Notes under the pieces: generated by a model
Told to the model about the DNA's origin: nothing
Databases searched by the model: none
What the model saw: the letters and a program-made list of their open reading frames with translations, nothing else
NCBI GenBank assembly: GCA_049675875.1
Contig: JBAUAR010000011.1
Coordinates: 2,081-66,080 of the forward strand
Source: Streptosporangiaceae bacterium
GTDB lineage: Bacteria > Actinomycetota > Actinomycetes > Streptosporangiales > Streptosporangiaceae
Direction: 5' to 3'
DNA length: 64,000 nt
Part shown: piece after piece, positions 57,135 to 64,000 of the stretch
Layout: every line of letters begins with the position of its first letter
How positions within the stretch are numbered: the stretch's first letter is position 1
Translations under genes and position numbers: made by a program

Positions 57135-58156
57135 TCACGAGCGACCTCCAACGCCTGCGGCGCCGGATCGGGCCGCTTCGACTCGCCTGGTTGTCCCTGG
57201 TGGCGGCGGCGGCGAGCGGCGTCTCTCAGCAGCAGGCCGGCGCCCGGGGCAACCGCGGCCAGCATGAGTACCGCATACAGCGTGGTGACCGTGACCCCGG
57301 TGGCCGCGCCCAGCCCGGCTGCGGCGAAGGCCCAGGCGGCGGCTCCTTCCCTCAGCCCCCACCCGCCGATGCCGAGGGGGATCACCGTTGCAGTCTGGAC
57401 CACCATCAGCAGTGCGACCAGTTCACCCAGCGGTGCGGTGGACCCGGCAACCCGGGCCGCGACGACGAACGTGGCCGTGTGCCCGGCAACGACCAGCACC
57501 GAGGACAGCATGAGCTGGGGCCACACGTCTGCCGCCAGCAGCCCGCACCGCAGGTCTTCGGCAATGGCACGGGCTGCGCGGGCCAGCCGCGACCGACCGC
57601 GGCGAGCTGCGGCCCACACCACCAGCGCAGCGCACCCGGCTACACCCGCGAGACCTGCCAGGATGTACGGCAGCGCGGGCCGGACCGGCGAGGGCAGCGC
57701 CAGCAACACGACGGCGGTCACCACGGCCTGGATGATCTGACCGCACAGCCGTTCCCACGCCACCGAGCGCAGCCCCCGAGTCACGTCTCCAGCGCGCCGG
57801 CCGTGCGTGACCGCCCGGTGCACGTCGCCGAGAACGCCTCCGATGAGCACGGAGTTCAGGAACAGGGAACGGTAGTAGGCGCCGATCGCGCTCGGCAGGC
57901 CAATGGCGACGCCGAGTACCCGGGCGACGACCCGCCACCGCCAGGCCGAGCACGCCGTCGTCAGGGCAGTGAGCGTGACGGCGGCCACGACCGCCGGCCA
58001 GGTGACCGCGCCCAGCCCGGCTCTGAACGGCGCAGCGCCCAGCAGCCGGAAGAGAAACCACAGCACGGTGACGCCGACCGCCGGGCGCAACAAGGGCAGG
58101 CCCAGGCGGCGGACCACGGGACCGATCCCGGCCGCAACTGAGTACACGGACGCCAC
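57131..58156 (-). CDS. LPG-synthase-TM / flippase-like domain (UPF0104) membrane protein
   Basis: About 8 TM helices. Pattern [11 protein letters not shown]...[21 protein letters not shown] is typical of this family. The stop overlaps the GCH II start. Confidence 0.7.
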   Translation of the reverse strand: MASVYSVAAGIGPVVRRLGLPLLRPAVGVTVLWFLFRLLGAAPFRAGLGAVTWPAVVAAVTLTALTTACSAWRWRVVARVLGVAIGLPSAIGAYYRSLFLNSVLIGGVLGDVHRAVTHGRRAGDVTRGLRSVAWERLCGQIIQAVVTAVVLLALPSPVRPALPYILAGLAGVAGCAALVVWAAARRGRSRLARAARAIAEDLRCGLLAADVWPQLMLSSVLVVAGHTATFVVAARVAGSTAPLGELVALLMVVQTATVIPLGIGGWGLREGAAAWAFAAAGLGAATGVTVTTLYAVLMLAAVAPGAGLLLRDAARRRRHQGQPGESKRPDPAPQALEVARD

Positions 58157-58302
58157 ACCGGGTTACACGGGCCCGCTGGACTCATAGTTCAACCGCCCGG
58201 CTGCGGCAGCGTAGCGGGACCGGGAGCGATGAACCAGCCCGACTGCTGTCCCGTTGTCCCTGTCAGGTATAGCGGCAGACGGCCAGCAAAGACGGAGGCG
58301 CG

Positions 58303-60702
58303 GTGCGTGCGATTCGCCCGGTGGACGAAGAGGCCGCGACTGAGAGCCCGGTAGACGACGGCGCGCTGCGTACGATTCGGCGCGCGGCAGTCATCGGCTT
58401 GCCCGCCTCGGCCGCCTTGCTCGGCGTCGTGTCTGCCACGGCTGGTCTCGGCGTGGCCGGCTGGATAGCGGGCCTGGCCACCGGCACAGCGGCGACGGCG
58501 CTGATTGCCACCGCCCGCAGCCGCAGCGACCAGCCGGCGATACTCCCGGCGGACTGGGTCACCCTGACCCGGGCGGTGTTGTGCGCCGGGGTCGCGGGCC
58601 TAGTTGCGGACTCCTTCGGCCGGCCCGTGTCGATCACAGCGATGGTCACCCTGGCCGCCGTCGCGCTGGCCCTCGACGCGGTGGACGGTCAGGTGGCCCG
58701 CCGGACCGGCACCGCCACCCCGCTGGGCGGCCGCCTCGACGGTGAGGTCGACGCCTTCCTCATCCTGCTGCTCAGCATCGCCGTGTCCCGGGACTACGGC
58801 AGCTGGGTGCTGATCATCGGCGCCGCTCGCTACGCGCTGCTGGTGGCTGGCTGGCTGATCCCGTGGCTGGCCGCACCGTTGCCGCCCCGGTACTGGCGCA
58901 AGGTCGTGGCCGCGGTCCAGGGCATCGTGCTCACCATCGCCGTATCCGGGGTGCTCGACCTCTTCACCGGGTTGATCGCGGTTGCTGCCGCTTTGCTGCT
59001 GCTGGCCGAGTCGTTCGGCCACGACGTGATCTGGCTGTACCGCACCGGCGTCGGGCCGCGCACTCGCCTGGCTCTGCAGCTGCCCATTGCCGTGCTTGCG
59101 ATCGCGCTCGTGTGGAGCGACCTCGTCGCGCCCGACCGTGCCTGGCTGTTCACCCCCGCCGCTTTTGTCCGCATCCCTCTGGAGGGGCTGGTCCTGGTTG
59201 CTGTGGCGCTGTTGCTGCCGCTCCGGCCGAGACGGATCGTGGCTGCCGTCGCTGGAATCCTGCTCAGCGTGCTCACCTTCGCCAACATCCTCAACATTGC
59301 GTTCTACGAATATGTCGATCGAGCGTTCAACCCGGTGTACGACTGGGGCAGCATCGGCTCGGCTCTGGGCGTGGTCCGCGACGAGATCGGCCCCAAGCGC
59401 ACAGACGTGGCGCTCGTCTTGCTCGGGCTCGCTCTCATCCTGCTCGTCGGCGCGATCACCGCAGCAACAGTTCACCTCACCACTGTCGCCGCCCGGCATC
59501 GCCGCGCCGCGTTTGGCGGTCTCGCTGGCCTCACAGCAGTCTGGGCGGTGTGTGCCGGCCTGTCCCTGCAATTCATCCCCGGATCCCCGATCGCCTCGAC
59601 CAGTGCTACCGGCCTCGCCGTCGCGCAGCTGCGTGCAACCCAGGCAGCGCTCGGCGACCAGCGCGTGTTCGAGCGGGCCATCCACGGCTCTGACCCCGAA
59701 GCCAGCGTCCCGGCCTCGGACCTGCTCACCGGATTGCGCGGCAAAGACGTCATCATCGCCTTCGTCGAGAGCTACGGACAGGTCTCGATCCAGGGCGCAA
59801 GTTTCTCCCCGGGCATCGACGCCGCCCTGCGCAAAGACAACGCATCGCTGGCTAGCGCAGGCTGGTCCACGCAGACCGCCTGGGTTGCCGCCCCGGGCTA
59901 TGGCGGGATCAGCCAGGAGGCCCACTCCACCCTGCAGTCGGGGCTGTGGGTTAACAGCCGGCAGCGGTATTCGGAGCTCGTAGCCAGCAGCCGGTTCACC
60001 CTCAGCGACGCCTTCGACAAGGCCGGCTGGCGCACCGTCAGCGACAGCCCCGCCACCGACGACGAAGACTGGCCGTCCGGCACGCAGTTCTACCACTTCG
60101 ACCAGCTGTACGACCGGACCAACGTCGGCTACCACGGCCCGGCATTCAGCTACGCCCCGATGCCCGACCAGTACATTCTGTCCGCGTTCCAGCGGATCGA
60201 ACTCGCCCCCGGCCATAAGCCCGTGATGGCCGAGATCGACACGGTCTCGTCGCACTCGCCCTGGGCCCCGTTGCCGGTCATGGTGCCGTGGAACAAGGTC
60301 GGCAACGGCTCGATATTCGACCCGATGCCCGCGCGCGGCGAGACCGCGCTCTCCGTCCTGGACAACGCCAGCAGGCAGCGCAAGGCCTATGCCACGTCGA
60401 TCGAGTACTCGCTGCAGGTCCTCACCTCATGGGTCACCGAGCTCAACGATCCCAACCTCGTGCTGATCCTGCTCGGCGACGAGCAGCCCGACACCCCCAT
60501 CACCAGCCCCGGGGCCAGTCACAACCTGCCGATCTCCATCATCGCCCGCGACCCGTCCGTGTTCCGGCAGATTGCCTCCTGGCACTGGCAGGACGGGCTG
60601 CTGCCCGGTCGGCACGCTCCGGTCGAGCGAATGAGCGCCTTCCGCAACCAGTTCCTGGGTTCCTTCAGCACGACCCAGTCCCAGGCAGCGTCGACCCATT
60701 GA
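58303..60702 (+). CDS. Fusion protein: CDP-alcohol phosphatidyltransferase + TM linker + alkaline-phosphatase-superfamily (LtaS/sulfatase-like) ectodomain
   Basis: DAVDGQVARRTGTATPLGGRLDGEVDAF fits D-x2-D-G-x2-A-R-x8-G-x3-D-x3-D. The C-terminal third has KDVIIAFVESYG, GYGGISQEAHSTLQSGL and DTVSSHSPW, resembling metal-binding, nucleophile and His motifs of LtaS/OpgB-type enzymes. Confidence 0.75.
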   Translation: MRAIRPVDEEAATESPVDDGALRTIRRAAVIGLPASAALLGVVSATAGLGVAGWIAGLATGTAATALIATARSRSDQPAILPADWVTLTRAVLCAGVAGLVADSFGRPVSITAMVTLAAVALALDAVDGQVARRTGTATPLGGRLDGEVDAFLILLLSIAVSRDYGSWVLIIGAARYALLVAGWLIPWLAAPLPPRYWRKVVAAVQGIVLTIAVSGVLDLFTGLIAVAAALLLLAESFGHDVIWLYRTGVGPRTRLALQLPIAVLAIALVWSDLVAPDRAWLFTPAAFVRIPLEGLVLVAVALLLPLRPRRIVAAVAGILLSVLTFANILNIAFYEYVDRAFNPVYDWGSIGSALGVVRDEIGPKRTDVALVLLGLALILLVGAITAATVHLTTVAARHRRAAFGGLAGLTAVWAVCAGLSLQFIPGSPIASTSATGLAVAQLRATQAALGDQRVFERAIHGSDPEASVPASDLLTGLRGKDVIIAFVESYGQVSIQGASFSPGIDAALRKDNASLASAGWSTQTAWVAAPGYGGISQEAHSTLQSGLWVNSRQRYSELVASSRFTLSDAFDKAGWRTVSDSPATDDEDWPSGTQFYHFDQLYDRTNVGYHGPAFSYAPMPDQYILSAFQRIELAPGHKPVMAEIDTVSSHSPWAPLPVMVPWNKVGNGSIFDPMPARGETALSVLDNASRQRKAYATSIEYSLQVLTSWVTELNDPNLVLILLGDEQPDTPITSPGASHNLPISIIARDPSVFRQIASWHWQDGLLPGRHAPVERMSAFRNQFLGSFSTTQSQAASTH

Positions 60703-60735
60703 CCCGCCGCACCGCACCCGCCACAGTGAGCGCTG

Positions 60736-61377
60736 ATGACACTGGGCTGGGATAACCCCACAGCAGATCCCACCACCACCGTCTTGCTGCGGCACGGCGA
60801 TACCGACCTGTCACCCGAACACCGCTTCAGCGGGCTTCGCGACGTCCCGCTGAGCGCTCACGGAACCCGGCAGGCGAAGGCGGCGGCTTGCCGGCTGGCC
60901 GCCGGTGCTCCGATCGACGCCGTGGTCAGCTCGCCGTTGCAGCGCGCCGTCGCCACCGCCGCCATCGCGGCCGGCGAACTGGGCCTGACCGCAGTCATCG
61001 ATGATGATCTCCGTGAAACCGACTTCGGCGACTGGGATGGCTTCACCCTGGCAGAAATCCAGGAGCGCTGGCCCGGAGCCGCGGCAGTCTGGCGACGCGA
61101 CCCCGAACAGGCCCCGCCGGGCGGGGAGAGCTTCGCCGACACCGCACACCGGGTAAACCGGGCCTGTGACCGGCTGCTGCGGGATCACGGCGGGCAGAAC
61201 GTGCTGGTGGTGAGTCACATTACCCCGATAAAGATCCTGTTGTGCCGCGCTCTCGGCGTCCCCCTCGGCACCCTTTACCGGCTGTATCTTGGCTCCGCCT
61301 GCATCAACGAGATCCAATGGCACGGCCGCGGGTTTGCTGCCGTCCATCGCGTTAATGACACCAGCCACCTTCCCTGA
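60736..61377 (+). CDS. Histidine phosphatase (phosphoglycerate mutase-like) family protein
   Basis: Has the RHG motif LLRHGDTDLS plus SSPLQRAVATA and VVSHITPIK. Confidence 0.85.
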   Translation: MTLGWDNPTADPTTTVLLRHGDTDLSPEHRFSGLRDVPLSAHGTRQAKAAACRLAAGAPIDAVVSSPLQRAVATAAIAAGELGLTAVIDDDLRETDFGDWDGFTLAEIQERWPGAAAVWRRDPEQAPPGGESFADTAHRVNRACDRLLRDHGGQNVLVVSHITPIKILLCRALGVPLGTLYRLYLGSACINEIQWHGRGFAAVHRVNDTSHLP

Positions 61378-61402
61378 CTCACGGCTGGCGTACGTGTCGG
61401 CG

Positions 61403-61783
61403 TCATTGGACACCTCCTAGTTCCTCGATGGCGAGCCGTAGCGCACGCAGCGCGTAGTAGGCGCGGGACTTCACCATGTCTGGCGCGATGTCCAGGGCAT
61501 CCGCAGCCTGTGCAACCGAGCTGCCGCGAAAGCAGCACTCTCGCAGCACGTCCAGATGCTCCTGCGTCAGCCGGCCTAACGCGGCGGCGACCAGGTGGTG
61601 GTTGACGAGCTGCTCGCTAGCTTCGGCGACTGGCTGCTCGGGGCGGCGCCCGGTTACGTCCTCGGGGCGTCGGCGCTGCTCGTGCAACTCGGGCAGCGAG
61701 TCCGCCTCGGGGCTGCCCGCTCGTCGCGCGGCAAGCCGCTCTGGTCGACGAGCGCGCGGCTCACCGGTCGGCTCGGTTGCCAT
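61403..61783 (-). CDS. Sigma-70 region-4-only protein (ECF sigma C-terminal half with low-complexity N-terminus)
   Basis: LGRLTQEHLDVLRECCFRGSSVAQAADALDIAPDMVKSRAYYALRALR is ECF region 4. No region 2 in this ORF or in any frame of the 205 nt upstream. Confidence 0.6.
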   Translation of the reverse strand: MATEPTGEPRARRPERLAARRAGSPEADSLPELHEQRRRPEDVTGRRPEQPVAEASEQLVNHHLVAAALGRLTQEHLDVLRECCFRGSSVAQAADALDIAPDMVKSRAYYALRALRLAIEELGGVQ

Positions 61784-61988
61784 CCCCGCCGCTACTCCAG
61801 TCCCGTTGTGCGCCTGGCGGCTGCGCCTCGTTCACCAGCATCTGCTCCGTCTCGGATTGCGTGACCTGGCTCGCGACAGGAATCGATGGTACCGCGGGCT
61901 GCGGTCGGAGGTCGGTCGGCCGAAGTCGGCGGCCGCGCACCTGGCCTCCCGCTACGAGGGCGTTAAGCCCAGCTTGTCCGGTAGAGCG

Positions 61989-62366
61989 TCAGCATCGTGC
62001 GTGATACCCGCCGAACGCGACGGGAGTTTCCCACACCCGCACTGCCAGTGACTCGCCGCCTGCGGCAGCGACGGTCGGCGAGAGGGTGTCATGCACCCAG
62101 CGGGCGAACACTTCGACTGTGACCGCCTCGGCCTCGGCTGGGCGTATCTCCTCCAGATTGCGGCCATCGACCTGGCTGGTGAGCTCGGTCAGCGCCGCTT
62201 CCAGTACATCCAGATCACAGACCATGCCCCGGCCGTCGAGTTGCTCCCGGTCCACCACAATGTCAATTCGGTAGTCATGATCATGCAGCTGCCCCTCTGG
62301 CCCGGGGAGTCCCGGCATGATATGGAAAGCACGCACGCTTCGGCTCAGCCCGACTTCACATGTCAC
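61989..62366 (-). CDS. 6-pyruvoyl-tetrahydropterin synthase / QueD-fold protein
   Basis: RAFHIMPG...EGQLHDHDYRIDIVV...GMVCDLDVLEAAL fits the PTPS/QueD pattern (AAH...HGH...DF..L). Probable GTG start at 62366; the longest ORF reaches 62399. Overlaps the upstream dehydrogenase stop. Confidence 0.75.
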   Translation of the reverse strand: MTCEVGLSRSVRAFHIMPGLPGPEGQLHDHDYRIDIVVDREQLDGRGMVCDLDVLEAALTELTSQVDGRNLEEIRPAEAEAVTVEVFARWVHDTLSPTVAAAGGESLAVRVWETPVAFGGYHARC

Positions 62367-63357
62367 CGGCAGCACTCCTGTCGTAGTCAAGAACGGCATG
62401 CATCAACCCGGGTATCCCCTCGTCCACAGCTTGGAACGCCTCGGCTGCCTGGCCGAACGCGAAGCGGTGAGTGCACAGCTGGGACAACGGTAGTTCGGCC
62501 AGCAGCTCAACGGTCTCCCGGATGCGCCGCGACCGCGTCCAGGTCCCAGACAGCCGGGCCGGCACCGTGGAGACCTGAGTACTGCGGATGATCAGACGCC
62601 GCCGGTGGAACGCGCCGCCGAGCGGCAGCACCACTGGTTTGGTGCCGAACCACGACGCGATCAATAGGGTTCCCTCGTGGGCCAGCATGTTCAACGCCAT
62701 CGGTGGCGCATCCGGGTTACCACTAGCGTCAATGACCAGTGGAACCTGCTCTTCCGCCAGTTCCTCCGGCGCTGCGGCGGTGGCGCCGAGGCTGTCGGCC
62801 AGGGCGCGGCGCCACGGCTGCGGCTCGGCAAGGACCGGCCGCCACCCGGAACGCTGCAACAGCAGGCTGGTCAGCAGCCCGAGCACACCGGCTCCGAGCA
62901 CGATGACACGGTCGCGATATCCGGTCCCGGCATCGAGCGTCACCTGCAGCGCCGTCTCGACCAGCGGGAACAAGGTTGCGGCGGCGGGATCGATGGCAGG
63001 CAACGGAATCAGGTCATCGGCCCGGGCCGCGAATACGTCCTGGTGCGGATGGAACGCGAAGACCGCCCGGCCGGACGCCGCTACTTCGCCGACACACGCA
63101 TACCCATAGGCGAAGGGATAGGAGAAGGTGCCGCCAAGAGCGTCGATCGTGTCGTCCAGCGCCAAGTCGGCAGGGACCTCGCCGCGGTACACCAGGCGCT
63201 CGGTGCCACCACTGATGCCAGAGCACAAGGTGCGCACAAGGACCTCGCCGGCCGCAGGCCGCGGTGCGGGCACTTCCCTGATATCCACGCAGCGCGGGGC
63301 GGCATGAAACAGTGCGCGGGCGGGCGAGGTTGTGTCCGTAACAGTGGATTCGGTCAT
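62356..63357 (-). CDS. Zinc-binding medium-chain dehydrogenase/reductase
   Basis: VLVRTLCSGISGGTERLVYRG, Rossmann VIVLGAGVLGL. ATG at 63357. The in-frame upstream extension to 63630 is an SDR remnant. Confidence 0.8.
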   Translation of the reverse strand: MTESTVTDTTSPARALFHAAPRCVDIREVPAPRPAAGEVLVRTLCSGISGGTERLVYRGEVPADLALDDTIDALGGTFSYPFAYGYACVGEVAASGRAVFAFHPHQDVFAARADDLIPLPAIDPAAATLFPLVETALQVTLDAGTGYRDRVIVLGAGVLGLLTSLLLQRSGWRPVLAEPQPWRRALADSLGATAAAPEELAEEQVPLVIDASGNPDAPPMALNMLAHEGTLLIASWFGTKPVVLPLGGAFHRRRLIIRSTQVSTVPARLSGTWTRSRRIRETVELLAELPLSQLCTHRFAFGQAAEAFQAVDEGIPGLMHAVLDYDRSAAGDM

Positions 63358-63767
63358 GCGCGGTTGAGCCTCCAGCGGTAGATCGTCGGTAGCGGCCGCC
63401 TGCGCGACAGCTCCCATGACGGCGTTATAGACGACGACGCCCGGTGCGCCAGTTCCGAGATAGAGCTCCCTCATCCGGTCGCCCAGGCCATCGGGATCGC
63501 TGGCATCGGCCACGATGGTGCTGATGCTGGCACCGGTATCGGCCAAGGTGCCCGCGAGGTTGCGGAGGCCGTCCGTGCTCCGCGCCACCAGGGTCACCCG
63601 GTAGCCGCCCACCGCGAAGCGACGTGCCACGGCCAGTCCCAGGCCAGTCCAAGGCCAGGCCCCGCGCCGACCAGTAGCAGGTGGCGGCCATCGACTGAGC
63701 CGGGACCCGCGACGTCGGCGATCGCGCCTTCTCCGTTGCCGGGCTCGCCTGCTCCCTCGGTGGGCAT
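63358..63767 (-). pseudogene. Short-chain dehydrogenase (SDR) remnant: frameshifted by an 11-nt tandem duplication and truncated after about 100 codons
   Basis: ATG 63767 with an AGGAAG RBS. LLLVGAGPGLGLA is followed by the inserted TGGGACTGGCC. The sequence then continues in another frame as VARRFAVGGYRVTLVARS...VVVYNAVMGA and runs into the dehydrogenase gene. Confidence 0.55.
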
Positions 63768-63896
63768 GGGTGCTTCCTTTCGCGTCGACCGCCTCGGAAA
63801 GCGGCTCGGGCTGGTGACTCTGTCGATCCCCTGACGTCGCGGAATCATTCAGTCTGGCAGGTCCTCCCCGGCTGCCCCCCTCGCAATGCCCCGCCG

Positions 63897-63937
63897 GTGC
63901 CCCTGGCGGGAATCGAACCCGCTCTTTCCGCTTTAGA
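63897..63937 (-). pseudogene. tRNA 3'-half fragment (anticodon loop to discriminator)
   Basis: The minus strand reads CUCUAAA-GCGGA-AAGA-GCGGG-UUCGAUU-CCCGC-CAGGGGC-A. No matching 5' acceptor, D-arm or 5' anticodon-stem strand lies upstream. An unrelated 7-bp hairpin sits at 63950-63966. Confidence 0.45.
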
Positions 63938-64000
63938 GGCCCGGCTACCAGCCGACCGGCGGTCGGCTCTCCGCCGGCCGGGCCTCGAGGTGCTCGGCCG

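Noticed and set aside
56355-63357. The cluster as a riboflavin, folate/queuosine or toxoflavin locus.
   Set aside because: It lacks RibD/RibB/RibH/RibE, GCH I/FolB/FolK/QueC/QueE, and a pyrimidine deaminase or ToxC/D-like genes. The membrane enzymes have no role in those pathways.
62356-63630. The 424-aa ORF as a genuine SDR-MDR fusion dehydrogenase.
   Set aside because: The SDR part lacks its Rossmann start, which is displaced by the 11-nt duplication. It stops after about 100 residues, with no catalytic YxxxK. The MDR part has its own ATG at 63357.

Overview
High-GC, actinobacterial-type chromosomal DNA with a mix of core and accessory genes. From the left: the end of a respiratory nitrate reductase operon (narH' -narJ-narI). 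Then a roughly 5.6 kb decayed island (2311-7939) bracketed by two diverged copies of a tRNA-like element, holding an integrase remnant, an IS256 remnant and other gene fragments. Next come a PadR-DUF1048-ABC exporter module and two distant GH15 glycoside hydrolase paralogues. Scattered transporters follow (ClC, FUSC, MFS, GAP, DUF1345), then cell-wall enzymes (M19 dipeptidase, L,D-transpeptidase) and two histidine kinases with no response regulator. An aminotransferase / FAD-monooxygenase / hydrolase group follows, then an AfsR/SARP-type regulator divergent from a hemerythrin-ABC-2 operon. The intergenic region between those two carries exactly 11-bp-phased direct repeats. The most unusual content is a roughly 13.7 kb cluster (50079-63767). 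It joins GTP cyclohydrolase II, a Cys-less PTPS/QueD-fold enzyme, a Zn-dehydrogenase, a histidine phosphatase, three SAM methyltransferases and an SRPBCC protein to membrane and envelope machinery. That machinery is a GT4 glycosyltransferase, a CDP-alcohol phosphatidyltransferase fused to an LtaS/sulfatase-like ectodomain, a flippase-like protein and a large GT-C-like polytopic protein. I cannot map this combination to a characterised pathway. The window holds many gene remnants. No rRNA, intact tRNA, CRISPR array or intact transposase was seen. Most other long ORFs in the six-frame track are antisense or out-of-frame artefacts of high GC. The ORF track accepts GTG and TTG starts, so start coordinates are approximate. 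All family calls rest on motif recognition by eye, not on database searches.
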